64,000 nt of DNA from a virus, in the IMG/VR virus record IMGVR_UViG_3300033545_000001, positions 32,001 through 96,000 of that record. The stretch is one strand, 5' to 3'. The position numbers were made by a program, and so were the translations under genes. The notes beneath the pieces were generated by a model. It had not been told where the DNA came from, made no database searches, and saw only the letters and a list, made by a program, of their open reading frames with translations. Within the stretch, counting starts at the first letter, position 1; each line of letters starts with the position of its first letter. Of this stretch, positions 17,781 through 27,653 are shown piece after piece.

Positions 17781-19799
17781 GTGATTAAGGACTATGGATT
17801 AGTAGAATCTGTAGATGAGCTAAAGTTTTTGATGAGCAAGTTCCTTGAAGAAGGAACTCCTGTAGGCCTTGACATTGAAACAGGGTATGACGGACCAGAT
17901 AAGAAGAAGGCGTCTGTACATCCTGAAGAGGCTTACATTGTAGGAATTAGTTTCACTAATTCTCTAGATTGGGCACGATATGTGCCTCTTCGCCACGACT
18001 TTGAAGATAATTTTGATAATAAGGTCGTGGCTGAACTTATGTGGCCAGTTCTTAAGTCTGGCTTAACAGTAGCACATAACGCAAAGTTCGAGCTCAGCTT
18101 CTTAACGCCTTGGGTAATTGAATTCCTAGGTGAGGAAGTAGTTGGAGATGGCAGCTTTAAGGTTCTTTCAGATACTATGATTGAAGCTGCAATTACCTCT
18201 AACTACCGCAGCAATGGCCTGAAGGATCTTGTAGAGATTATCTTCGGTCATACCATGAAGCACTTCGTAGACCTTTTTGAAGGTGCTGGGGAGTCTCGTA
18301 ACCAGTATCTGCGTTTCAATGTGCTTCCTCTTACTCGCGTCAATGTAGATTATGCATGTGAAGACGCTCTATGGGCTTTGGCCCTTCATCAGCTGCACTA
18401 TCCAATGGTTAAAGACAGCTTTATTTACCAGCTTGAAATGGAAGTACTGTATGTTATTCTTGACATGCAGACTACTGGCGTGTGCTTTGACTGGGAGCTG
18501 ATGCGAAAGTACAGTGAGCAGTGTAAAAACTTCATGGATATTCAGTATGCTGCTATTCAAGATAAGTTCTCTGAAATGCTTGGCGAGAGAATTGAGATTA
18601 ATCTAGGATCTCCTAAGCAGGTGCAAGAACTGCTGTATGAAAAGTTGGGATTCTCTACTACTCGTTATACTAAGAGTACCAAAGATTCCGACAATCCTAA
18701 GATGTCTACTGACACTATTGCTCTTGAGGCTTTGGCTAATAAGCATCCTGTGGTTCGTATGCTTGTGGAATATAGAGAAGTTAAGAAATTGGTAGGCTCA
18801 TATCTTGACAAATATGAGCGTGACTATGGCTATGACCTTCTTCGTGAAGGTGTTGTACATCCAAGTTTGAATCAGGTTTTCGTAATCTCTGGACGATTCT
18901 CCGCAAAGGATCCTAACTATCAGCAACTTCCAGGCGGTAATAAGGAGTATCAAGCTCCCGATCCCCGTGCTGGAAAGAAGATGACACGTTATGAAGTTGC
19001 AGATGAATTTCTGGAGCTTTGTTTTCGAGACGTGGTAATTACTCCAGAAGGTTATTACGCTGTAGGCTTTGACTATGGTCAAGCTGAGCTTAGAGCCATT
19101 GCTGGAGAGGCTCAAGAGCCTTATCTTCTTGAAGCATTCGCTGATGGAGCAGATATTCACACGCGTGTTGCTTCTCTTATGTTTGGCGTACCTGAAGATC
19201 AAGTAGATTCTCCTATGCGTAAGAAGGGCAAGACTCTTAATTTCGCTTTGGCATTCCAGATGGCAGCAGATTCCCTAGCTGACAGGCTTGGTATTTCTGT
19301 GGAAGAGGCTGAAGAGCTGTACGCTAGATATTTCCAAGTACTTCCTAATGTTAAAAAGCTTATCCAAGACAAAATGGATCTTGGTCGAAAGAATGGTTAT
19401 TCTGTAACTAAGTTCGGCCGTAAGATGACCATTTGGGAGTACCAGGACAAGAGAAGGTTTATGCAGTCTAGGGCTGGACGTATGGCTTTCAATACTGTAA
19501 TTCAGGGGTCTGCTACTGGTGATGTGCCTAAAATTGCCATGGTCAGAGCTGTGAAGGCTTTGAAGAAGGCTGGCCTGTCAGATAAAGTTCATCTGGTAAT
19601 GAATATTCACGATGCTCTTGAGTTCTATGTCAGAGATGATGTGGATTATCAGACTGTTATTGATGTACTTGAGCCAGCAGTTATTTTCCCAGTGCCAGGA
19701 TGGCCTTCAATGGTAGCTGACTGGCATTATTGGAAGCGTTATGGATCATGTGTTGAGTTGAAGAAAAATGAAGATGGAAAGTGGGTAGAGAAGCACTAA
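17781..19799 (+). CDS. polA: Family A DNA polymerase with 3'-5' exonuclease
   Basis: Exo DIETG, HNAKFE, YACED; motif A DYGQAELR; motif B RKKGKTLNF; motif C IHDAL. Confidence 0.93.
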   Translation: MIKDYGLVESVDELKFLMSKFLEEGTPVGLDIETGYDGPDKKKASVHPEEAYIVGISFTNSLDWARYVPLRHDFEDNFDNKVVAELMWPVLKSGLTVAHNAKFELSFLTPWVIEFLGEEVVGDGSFKVLSDTMIEAAITSNYRSNGLKDLVEIIFGHTMKHFVDLFEGAGESRNQYLRFNVLPLTRVNVDYACEDALWALALHQLHYPMVKDSFIYQLEMEVLYVILDMQTTGVCFDWELMRKYSEQCKNFMDIQYAAIQDKFSEMLGERIEINLGSPKQVQELLYEKLGFSTTRYTKSTKDSDNPKMSTDTIALEALANKHPVVRMLVEYREVKKLVGSYLDKYERDYGYDLLREGVVHPSLNQVFVISGRFSAKDPNYQQLPGGNKEYQAPDPRAGKKMTRYEVADEFLELCFRDVVITPEGYYAVGFDYGQAELRAIAGEAQEPYLLEAFADGADIHTRVASLMFGVPEDQVDSPMRKKGKTLNFALAFQMAADSLADRLGISVEEAEELYARYFQVLPNVKKLIQDKMDLGRKNGYSVTKFGRKMTIWEYQDKRRFMQSRAGRMAFNTVIQGSATGDVPKIAMVRAVKALKKAGLSDKVHLVMNIHDALEFYVRDDVDYQTVIDVLEPAVIFPVPGWPSMVADWHYWKRYGSCVELKKNEDGKWVEKH

Positions 19800-20134
19800 T
19801 GAGAATACGTACAGGATATTCAGAGGAATTACAGCATAATAGTTGGGCAAAAGGTGACATAGATCTAGATTCTAATGATTTGGAAGGTCTTGCTGTAGAG
19901 TTTGACTTCAACCTAGCAGACTTGACACATACTCTGAAGTATGATATTCTATACTCAGAAGCCGAGAGACTGTTAACGATTAAGTACATCAGGGATGTGC
20001 AGCTTAAATCTCCTGGATCTCGTGACATGGATATTTTGAAAAGAAGGCTTGGTACTGTAACGAATTTGCTAGATAAACACGTTCAACTAGCTAAGAGGTT
20101 GTCGCATGGAGGAGATAGAGAAGAGGATAGCTGA
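19799..20134 (+). CDS. Hypothetical protein
   Basis: TAATG overlap with the polymerase stop. Confidence 0.6.
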   Translation: MRIRTGYSEELQHNSWAKGDIDLDSNDLEGLAVEFDFNLADLTHTLKYDILYSEAERLLTIKYIRDVQLKSPGSRDMDILKRRLGTVTNLLDKHVQLAKRLSHGGDREEDS

Positions 20135-20594
20135 GCTCCTAACAGAAGCTCTCAATCTACGCTCAGAATCGTCAATGCCTTATTCTGAAGCTTCTCCTCA
20201 AGTTGTTTTGAACTCTCTGCTGGACAACCGGCAGAGAGTTGATAGGCTTGAAGGAATTTATCTTCAAGTGATTCAGATTAGAGCACGTTTATCCAGAAAG
20301 ACTTCAGCTGTAAAGGCTGAAGCAGAAGATTCTTGGGCAGAAGCACTCGCTTCAATGAAATCCCAAGGATCTAGAAACAGAGATCAGTATGAAGGCCCTC
20401 GCGAAAGATATGCAGAGGCTGATCTCGCTACGTTGGAATTGAAACGTAAAGCCAGAAAAGCTGAAGAGCTTCTAGGCGTTGCAGTTGAAGCTGACGATGT
20501 TATAAAAACGGCCCTTAGAGGTCTAAATGAAGTAATTCAAGATCACCGTATATGGTTAAGATCACTACAGTTTCAAACATACTTAGAGAAATAG
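20106..20594 (+). CDS. Coiled-coil protein (possible recombination mediator)
   Basis: All-helical; located next to SSB-like and RecA genes. Confidence 0.55.
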   Translation: MEEIEKRIAELLTEALNLRSESSMPYSEASPQVVLNSLLDNRQRVDRLEGIYLQVIQIRARLSRKTSAVKAEAEDSWAEALASMKSQGSRNRDQYEGPRERYAEADLATLELKRKARKAEELLGVAVEADDVIKTALRGLNEVIQDHRIWLRSLQFQTYLEK

Positions 20595-20603
20595 GATAAC
20601 TAC

Positions 20604-21485
20604 ATGTCTAGAATTTCATTCACAGATGAAGTACCAGCCTCACAGCGCGGTGGAGATGTTTTCCCCAAGCTCAAGCTGAAGATGGGCGAGAAGGCCCGTG
20701 TAGCCCTGTTAGAAGGTCCAGAGCGTGTCTACGTTCACCAGTTCTACGAGCCAGTTATTGTGGATGGCAAGGGCGTTGAAGTTGAGAAGGAACGTCGTGA
20801 CAACAGTAAGTACAAGAAATGGGACGAGAAGTTCCTGAAGATTTTCCAGTGCCTTGGAGATGAGGGTACTCTCAACGAGAGCGGCGCAGACACTAAGAAC
20901 TGTCCAGCTTGCAAGGCCTCAGCACAATTCGATTATTTCAAGGCTCCAGTTCCACGTTACGCTCTTAACGTGATCAAGTACACCCTGAAGCCAAACGGCG
21001 ATATTGCTTCTCCTTATGCTCCAAGTGTGCAGGCTTGGGTGTTCGGTCCTCAGAAGTTCGAAGAGATCCGTAACATTGCCAGGGAAGGGTTCGATCTAAG
21101 CAAGGTGGACCTGGTTCTAGGACCATGTCAGCATGAGGATTTCCAGAAGTACACAATGACTGTATCTAACAAGGCAGCATGGCTGGAAAGCAAGGAGACT
21201 GAGAAGATCACTAAGGAGGTCTTCACAGAGAATCGTATTGATCCTCTAGATAAGGTTGTAGCAGCTCAGCTGGACTCTGATATCATTCAGACCTATGTTG
21301 ACCGTATCAGCCATGCATGGGGGATTATTCACGGCACTGTGGTTAGTCCAACAGAGGCAGTTATCGCAGCTTCTGAGTTTGCAGCTAATTCAACTCCTTC
21401 AGTGGACTTTGGTTCTTCATTTAGCGTGTCAGATGAGGTCCCTGTTCCAGATTTCGGCTCTCTATTGGATGGTATTGAGATCTAA
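20604..21485 (+). CDS. Probable single-stranded DNA-binding protein
   Basis: Cys cluster C...CPAC, aromatic beta core, acidic tail, replication context. Confidence 0.6.
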   Translation: MSRISFTDEVPASQRGGDVFPKLKLKMGEKARVALLEGPERVYVHQFYEPVIVDGKGVEVEKERRDNSKYKKWDEKFLKIFQCLGDEGTLNESGADTKNCPACKASAQFDYFKAPVPRYALNVIKYTLKPNGDIASPYAPSVQAWVFGPQKFEEIRNIAREGFDLSKVDLVLGPCQHEDFQKYTMTVSNKAAWLESKETEKITKEVFTENRIDPLDKVVAAQLDSDIIQTYVDRISHAWGIIHGTVVSPTEAVIAASEFAANSTPSVDFGSSFSVSDEVPVPDFGSLLDGIEI

Positions 21486-22042
21486 TGATTCTCGCGGTTG
21501 ACTTGGCTAGCAAGTTTTCCGCAGCTTGTATGATGAATGCCCAAGGGAGTGTCACTGCTGAGTGGCACTCCTGGGGCAGTTCTGAGGCTTCTTGGGTAAA
21601 TTCTCTGGTCGTCCAATCCAAGTTTGCGGACATAGTTCTTATAGAGGATTTGCCCTTTAGCTTGCGCATTTCTAAGACAGTTCGTGACGTGTACCGGTTG
21701 CAAGGCAGAATTATAGAGCAGATGGAGCAGCATATGTTCCACACACGTAAGATAGTATTCATTCCGCCCAAGCTATGGCAGGATTACTTCAAACCAGATG
21801 GAATGAAATCTGGGGATAAGAAGGCTGCTAAGAAGATAGCTGAGGAAAAATATGGATATGTTGCTACAGAATTATTGCATAAGGAATTGCATGGAGTAGA
21901 TCGCATACACGCTAGAAAGAGTATGGAAGATCACATTGATGCGTTTCTTATAGCACAGTACATGTTAGAGCAGTCTAGAGAACATGGATCTATAGACCAA
22001 GCAGTAGACAGCATTCCAAGGTTGGAGCGTTTAAATGCCTAA
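21485..22042 (+). CDS. RuvC-like Holliday junction resolvase
   Basis: ILAVDLA, VLIED, IPPKLWQ, DHIDAFLIA. Confidence 0.8.
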   Translation: MILAVDLASKFSAACMMNAQGSVTAEWHSWGSSEASWVNSLVVQSKFADIVLIEDLPFSLRISKTVRDVYRLQGRIIEQMEQHMFHTRKIVFIPPKLWQDYFKPDGMKSGDKKAAKKIAEEKYGYVATELLHKELHGVDRIHARKSMEDHIDAFLIAQYMLEQSREHGSIDQAVDSIPRLERLNA

Positions 22043-23198
22043 GGCTGCACGTGATGAAGTATCAGAGATTATTAAGAAATTCTCCAAAGAGATAGATATC
22101 GGCAGTATTGAAGATGTGACAGATCACATAGAAGGCCTTCCCACAGGTAATTTGGGGATTGATTACATCGTGGGTGTTGGAGGTCTTCCTGTAGGTCGAG
22201 TAGTTGAGAGTTATGGAGCTCCTTCTTCAGGAAAGACAACTCTGGCTCTTCAGACAGCTGCTGAGCTACAGCAGAAGATTATTGCCAATGGTAGTGATGA
22301 TTTCATTCTGTACATTGACTTTGAGCATGCTTTAGATAAGAAGTATTGCAAGTCTCTAGGGTTAGATCTGACTCATCCCAGTATTAAGGTAACTCAGCCT
22401 GACAGTTTAGAGACTGGCGCATCAATTGCTCGTAAGCTACTAGACACAGGTAAGGTTAAGCTACTTATTTGGGATTCTGTAGCAGAGGCTCAAGTAGAAG
22501 CAGTGAAGAAGGCCGAGACAGGGGACTTTGTTCCGCCAGTTAAGGCTAAGATTATGAAGCAGTTTTTAGAGCAGATCAATGATGTGCTGTACAGGACCAA
22601 GTGTACAGCTATTTTCATCAATCATGTTCAGGAAAAGATCACTATGAGTGGTCCTGCCCGTGGCATTGTATCTCAGACCACACCTGGTGGAGACGCTCTC
22701 AAATTTTACAGCAGTGTGAGACTTAAATTTACTCAAGGTAAGAAGAATCGTGGTAAGAGGTTCAGTCCTCTTATTAATGATTATGAAGAGTATCCAATCT
22801 CTACAGAAGTCAAGGTTACTGTAGAGAAAAACAAAGTTGCCGATCCCCATAAGTCCTGCATAGTGCTAGTAAGGTATGGCAGAGGATTCGATAACTTCTG
22901 GCAGGCTGTTCAAGTGCTAGAAGCTCATAAGAAGATCACACATAATGGCTCCTGGTTCTATTTTGATAGGACTCCAAGTCTTCTTATGCCTGGTCTTCCA
23001 GAAGCAGCGGGAAGATCTGGAGCGTTTCAGGGGGAAGACAAGCTTCTGAAATATGGGGAAGCAAATCCCGAATGGAGAGCTCATATTATCAATGCTGCTA
23101 TGGAAACTGTTAATTCTGCGATGCCTGGAGAAATTGAAGACATTGAAGAAGATGAAAGTAATGATATCGATCTAGGCGCATTTGTGGAGTTTTCATGA
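22035..23198 (+). CDS. recA: RecA/UvsX recombinase
   Basis: GGLPVGRVVESYGAPSSGKTT, IDFEHALD, WDSVA, TTPGGDALKFYSSVR, KNKV. Confidence 0.95.
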   Translation: MPKAARDEVSEIIKKFSKEIDIGSIEDVTDHIEGLPTGNLGIDYIVGVGGLPVGRVVESYGAPSSGKTTLALQTAAELQQKIIANGSDDFILYIDFEHALDKKYCKSLGLDLTHPSIKVTQPDSLETGASIARKLLDTGKVKLLIWDSVAEAQVEAVKKAETGDFVPPVKAKIMKQFLEQINDVLYRTKCTAIFINHVQEKITMSGPARGIVSQTTPGGDALKFYSSVRLKFTQGKKNRGKRFSPLINDYEEYPISTEVKVTVEKNKVADPHKSCIVLVRYGRGFDNFWQAVQVLEAHKKITHNGSWFYFDRTPSLLMPGLPEAAGRSGAFQGEDKLLKYGEANPEWRAHIINAAMETVNSAMPGEIEDIEEDESNDIDLGAFVEFS

Positions 23199-24283
23199 TT
23201 ACTGTAGATCAGATGAGATCTACGCTTATGACAGTAGATGAGGCTTACGAGACTTTATCTAAGTCAGAGCCTATAACTGAATATCCTTTGGAGACAGGAA
23301 ATTCTGTATTCTATCTTGATGATGCTTGGAATCATGGCCTAGATGCTAAGGATGGCAATGAGCAAGTAGGTGCTTCAGTGGTCATCGGGGGTCACGAGGT
23401 GCCCATGACGAAGGATGCGATACTTCAAGCAGCCTCTCTGTGCGGCCTCTCGGGGGCTTACGTGAAGAAGACGCCCTCCAAGCTCATTGAGCCCCACCTG
23501 AACTACTGGTACGGCTCTCAGGGGCTTGGTAATCGCCCTGCTAAGATTCTCGTGACCAATGAGGTAGCATCGGCTGTCACTCGTCAGAGTATTAATCCGT
23601 TCAGCAATATAAGACTGCTTGACAGCGTGCTGAATGGTATAAAAGATTCTTTTGGTGATGAAGAAGTATTAGTGGACTCTAAGTTCCATCATTCAGTCAC
23701 AGGAACCCACATGAGGCTGGTACTTCCACAGAGAAGTTTTATCATTAATGACAGCGGGGTGGATGATGACGAGTGGTGTATGGGACTAAGTTTCCATAAT
23801 TCGCTTGTAGGAAAGACTAAGACAAGTTTAGATGGTTATTTATTCCGTTGGTGGTGTTTGAATGGAGCTATCGATACTAAGGCTTCTTCAGGAACTTGGA
23901 CTAGGAGCATAGGACCTTCTGATGAGGATGGTATATACAGTTGGGCTAAAGAGATTGTAGGCAACATTATCAGCCCTCTTGATCAGTCAGCTCATCTCCT
24001 CCAAGAAATGACAAGTCAGTCTATTGAAGGAGATGTTAATCAAATTCTCAGTGATCTTTTTGAGGATTACAGGCTCCCTGCAAGAGACCGTAAGGCTATT
24101 ATTGCTAATATGGTAGAAGAAGATAGTCTTACTATGTATTCTCTTATGCAAGCAGTGACTGAGATAGCCAATGATATGAGTCTTAGTCCTTTAGAACAGG
24201 CAAAGCTTATGCATGTAGGAGGAGACTTAACACACTCTTCTGCACACCGATGCGAGTCTTGCCACAGGATAGAAAAGATGTAA
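23195..24283 (+). CDS. DUF932-like conserved phage protein
   Basis: NSLVGKT..SLDGYLFRWWCLNG and TMYSLMQAVTEIA patterns. Confidence 0.6.
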   Translation: MITVDQMRSTLMTVDEAYETLSKSEPITEYPLETGNSVFYLDDAWNHGLDAKDGNEQVGASVVIGGHEVPMTKDAILQAASLCGLSGAYVKKTPSKLIEPHLNYWYGSQGLGNRPAKILVTNEVASAVTRQSINPFSNIRLLDSVLNGIKDSFGDEEVLVDSKFHHSVTGTHMRLVLPQRSFIINDSGVDDDEWCMGLSFHNSLVGKTKTSLDGYLFRWWCLNGAIDTKASSGTWTRSIGPSDEDGIYSWAKEIVGNIISPLDQSAHLLQEMTSQSIEGDVNQILSDLFEDYRLPARDRKAIIANMVEEDSLTMYSLMQAVTEIANDMSLSPLEQAKLMHVGGDLTHSSAHRCESCHRIEKM

Positions 24284-24284
24284 T

Positions 24285-24851
24285 ATGAGAAGATACCACA
24301 GGGCTGACTACTCTGGGCAAACATTCGGAGAACTTATGGCTCTTGAAAGAGATTCAGAAAATTCTAAGAAATGGATTTGCGAGTGCAGTTGTGGAAAAGT
24401 TACTTCTGTGTTTGGAGGTAATTTGACTACTGGTAGAACCAAGTCCTGTGGACATCTTCTTGATAGGTATAGAAACAGCTCTCCAGGATATATGGGCTAT
24501 AAAGACATCTCTGGCCGTAAATGGGCCTCCATAAAGGCAGGGGCTGATGCTAGAGGTATAGATTTCATGCTTGATATAGAAGATGCGTGGGATTTATTCA
24601 GGGATCAGGATAGAAAATGCGCCTTGTCAGGACAGCCTCTGAAGTTTGATGAGAAGTCCTACACCAGGGATGGAAATGCTTCTTTGGATAGAATAGACTC
24701 ATCTATGTCATACACTTTAGATAATGTTCAATGGGTAGATAAGGCTATCAATATTAGTAAGTGGGCAATGTCAGATGCTGAGTTCATAGATATGTGCTGC
24801 TTGATAGCCGACTACCAGAGGTCTTGCCACAGGTTGAGCACTGTGGTATAA
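24285..24851 (+). CDS. Free-standing HNH-type homing endonuclease
   Basis: WICECSCG...L..G.TKSCG N-terminus; CALSG...ASLDRIDS...Y...NVQWV...IN..K. Confidence 0.85.
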   Translation: MRRYHRADYSGQTFGELMALERDSENSKKWICECSCGKVTSVFGGNLTTGRTKSCGHLLDRYRNSSPGYMGYKDISGRKWASIKAGADARGIDFMLDIEDAWDLFRDQDRKCALSGQPLKFDEKSYTRDGNASLDRIDSSMSYTLDNVQWVDKAINISKWAMSDAEFIDMCCLIADYQRSCHRLSTVV

Positions 24852-24852
24852 T
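24824..24852 (+). promoter_or_regulatory. Sigma70-type promoter
   Basis: TTGCCA-N17-TATAAT with TGTGG extension. Confidence 0.7.
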
Positions 24853-24877
24853 GGATTCCTGACATAGACGGTTAACC

Positions 24878-24912
24878 AAAGATCCCACACTGTGTCAGTG
24901 TGGGATCTTTTT
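24878..24912 (+). terminator. Intrinsic terminator-like hairpin
   Basis: AAAGATCCCACACTG-TGT-CAGTGTGGGATCTTT then TT. Confidence 0.75.
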
Positions 24913-24923
24913 ATGGAGTTAAA

Positions 24924-25838
24924 GTGATTAATAGTCTAGACATAAATAACTTTCAATCTCTAAAGTCTGTTCACATAGAGTTAGGTCCCTTGACTGTTAT
25001 TGTGGGGGATTCTAACTGTGGCAAGTCTGCCCTGGTTAGATCTGTACAAGCTTTAGCTAGTAATGTAAGAGGTAACTCTATAGTAACCCATGGGTACAAG
25101 ATTGCTTCTGTGTCAGCTACTACAGATTCAGCTAAAGTCACTTTGGAGAAAGGTGAAGGTCATGGGTCCTACAGAGTAGTTCATGGTGACAGTGAGAAAG
25201 AGTTCACTAAATTAGCTGGAGAAGTTCCAGAAGATGTTTCCAGAGTCTTGGAATTAGATCCTGTTAAAGAGGGTTTATCTCTTAACTTTGCTCCTCAACA
25301 TGAGCCTCCATTTCTTTTGACTTCTTCAGGGTCAGTAGTGGCTAGAACTTTGGGGGATTTGACAAAGGTCAGCACAGTTCTAGAGGCTGTTCGGGAAGCT
25401 AATAGACGCAGAACTTCTACTACCAGTGATTTGAAGTTGCGTAGCAAGGATTTAGACAGTCTTAGCAATGCTCCAGAACTACTCAATAGTTTGAATATTC
25501 GTAAAGATGCTGTTCATGCAGTAGGTAAGCTTATTATTGATATAAAGTTTATAGAATCTGAAATTGCCAAATTGGAAATCATAGCAAATTCTTTAGGCAA
25601 GTTGGATATTGAAGTACCATGTATTTATGACATATCTGAATTGGTTAAAGCTTACGAAGATTTCAGTACTCTGTATAAAAGCTTAGAGAGACTACGTGAA
25701 CTGACTATAGAAGTCACAGCTTGCGAAAGATTTTACGACAGTTGGACAGAGAGATCAGAAGTATTGGATAGAGAATTTCACGAAGCGCTAGAAGAGATAG
25801 GGGAATGTCCAATATGCGGTCAGAAGATTTCGAAGTGA
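24924..25838 (+). CDS. SbcC/Rad50-like ATPase, N-terminal half
   Basis: INNFQSL, Walker A GDSNCGKS, Q-loop, coiled coil, terminal zinc hook CPICG. Confidence 0.85.
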   Translation: MINSLDINNFQSLKSVHIELGPLTVIVGDSNCGKSALVRSVQALASNVRGNSIVTHGYKIASVSATTDSAKVTLEKGEGHGSYRVVHGDSEKEFTKLAGEVPEDVSRVLELDPVKEGLSLNFAPQHEPPFLLTSSGSVVARTLGDLTKVSTVLEAVREANRRRTSTTSDLKLRSKDLDSLSNAPELLNSLNIRKDAVHAVGKLIIDIKFIESEIAKLEIIANSLGKLDIEVPCIYDISELVKAYEDFSTLYKSLERLRELTIEVTACERFYDSWTERSEVLDREFHEALEEIGECPICGQKISK

Positions 25839-26188
25839 AAGATATTAGACCTAAAGGAATGTATGGAAGTGGTATGGTCCGAGAAGATGAAGGCGATAGA
25901 CCTAGATTCGATCTTCTCGTGATTGAAGATATGCCATATGAGCATCAACCTCTTACAAGATGGGCAGCTCTCCTAGCTAAGGGCGCTAAGAAGTACAGTG
26001 CTAGAAACTGGGAGAAGGCTAATAGTCCAGAGGAGTTGGAAAGATTCAAGTCTAGTGCTTTTAGACATTTCATGCAGTGGATGGCTGATGAAAAGGATGA
26101 AGATCATCTTACTATGGCATGGTTTAATATGATGGCTGCTGACTGCACGGAATGGAAGCTTAATGACAAACTACCTTCTGATAAGTGA
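25835..26188 (+). CDS. dATP/dGTP diphosphohydrolase-like (DUF5664) protein
   Basis: RPRFDLL...GAKKYSARNWEK...SAFRHF...EDHL...N. Confidence 0.75.
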   Translation: MKDIRPKGMYGSGMVREDEGDRPRFDLLVIEDMPYEHQPLTRWAALLAKGAKKYSARNWEKANSPEELERFKSSAFRHFMQWMADEKDEDHLTMAWFNMMAADCTEWKLNDKLPSDK

Positions 26189-27119
26189 TATTCATCTAGC
26201 AGATCATCCTCCAGCTTCCCGCAAAGAAGGCTACCTTGATGAGATTGTAAACTTGTTGTGGGACACAGTCAGGGTCGCTAAGCAGTATAACGCAGTGGCA
26301 GTATGGGCTGGGGACGTCTTTCATATCAAAACACCATCTCGTAATAGCCATGAGATGGTGGGATATGCGGTAGATATTGCTAAGTTGTATCCAAATGGTT
26401 TGTATATTGTACCAGGTAATCATGATCTAACTCACGATAGATTGGATTCCATATATTCTCAGCCTTTAGGTCAGTTATTTAAGCATGGTAGCATTACCAT
26501 GTTAACTGGCAAGCAGGCAATGGAAGATGGGTACAATATTTATGGCGTTCCATGGCTACAAAGATTTACAGATGAAGCAGTATACAAAGCTCTAGAGGGT
26601 TATAGAGACGAGCAGTGGGCCTTTGATGAGCATTCTTTGGTAGTTACACATGCTCCTATGTATCCTCCAGGCCGCGAGCTTAAATACGAATTTTATGATA
26701 CTCATAAATGGGCTTCTTGCATGGGTAACAGGGGCAGCGTATTCTATGGTCATGTGCACAATCCCCATGGAGTTTACGAGGTAGATGGCGTTAAATTCTG
26801 CAATAATGGAGCTCTCTCTAGGGGATCTTTGGATGAGAGTAATCTTACCCGAGAAGTTGTGGCTACTGTATGGTCTGATATCAATGGAGAGTTTTATAAA
26901 GTTCCTCTAAACTTCATTGATGCTAAAGATATATTCAGAATGGAAGTCAAGAGTACCCGAGAAGCTCAAGTCAAATTGGACGATTTCTTGGAATCTATTG
27001 GACAGACTTCTCTGGCAATTACTACTTCATCAGCAGTTATGGACCATATCAGATCACTAGGCTTGGGATCAGAAGTGGAAGTACTGATCCAGGAGCTTCT
27101 TGACAGCTGTGAAGTTTGA
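26163..27119 (+). CDS. sbcD: SbcD/Mre11-like nuclease
   Basis: SDIHL, AGDVFH, PGNHD, VTH, GHVH, NNGAL.R. Confidence 0.88.
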   Translation: MTNYLLISDIHLADHPPASRKEGYLDEIVNLLWDTVRVAKQYNAVAVWAGDVFHIKTPSRNSHEMVGYAVDIAKLYPNGLYIVPGNHDLTHDRLDSIYSQPLGQLFKHGSITMLTGKQAMEDGYNIYGVPWLQRFTDEAVYKALEGYRDEQWAFDEHSLVVTHAPMYPPGRELKYEFYDTHKWASCMGNRGSVFYGHVHNPHGVYEVDGVKFCNNGALSRGSLDESNLTREVVATVWSDINGEFYKVPLNFIDAKDIFRMEVKSTREAQVKLDDFLESIGQTSLAITTSSAVMDHIRSLGLGSEVEVLIQELLDSCEV

Positions 27120-27128
27120 TGCTAGACT
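27100..27128 (+). promoter_or_regulatory. Sigma70-type promoter
   Basis: TTGACA-N17-TAGACT with TG extension. Confidence 0.65.
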
Positions 27129-27152
27129 GGTCTCCTACCAAGGAGAGACAAC

Positions 27153-27653
27153 ATGCATCTGCCCCCAACGGGTAAGAAATTCAATGAGTTGATAGTTTGT
27201 GATTTAGATGGAACACTAGCAGATAACAGGCATAGGAAGCACTTAGTGCCAGAACAAGGAGAACTCAGAGATTGGACCCCCTACTCAAAGGCTTGTGTGG
27301 ATGACACTCCCATCAATGGAGTGATATCTTTGATTAACATGTTATGGAATCACTATGGCATATTTTTACTGAGTAATCGTGAATCATCTGCTATGGATGA
27401 GACCCGTTGGTGGCTGTCCAGGCATAAAGTTATGTATGATTTTATTCAGTTAAGAGAGCCTGGGGATGTTGAGGGCAGCTCTGAGTACAAAGTAAAGGCT
27501 ATTGACAGTCTTAGAGATGATGGATATACAGTTAATCTTCTCATAGACGACCTGCCTGCTACTTTTACTCAAGTAAGTGCTGCTGGGACGCCTGTAGTGT
27601 GTGTTAATCCTCTATATTCTGATATTAGTGTACCAGGAAAGATTCTCAAATGA
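27153..27653 (+). CDS. HAD phosphatase (Pnkp phosphatase-like)
   Basis: CDLDGTLA, LLSNR, K, LIDD. Confidence 0.85.
   Translation: MHLPPTGKKFNELIVCDLDGTLADNRHRKHLVPEQGELRDWTPYSKACVDDTPINGVISLINMLWNHYGIFLLSNRESSAMDETRWWLSRHKVMYDFIQLREPGDVEGSSEYKVKAIDSLRDDGYTVNLLIDDLPATFTQVSAAGTPVVCVNPLYSDISVPGKILK

Noticed and set aside
24256-24851. IS element or group I intron explanation for the duplicated ends
   Set aside because: No transposase, terminal inverted repeats or recognisable intron core, and the insert is almost wholly endonuclease coding sequence
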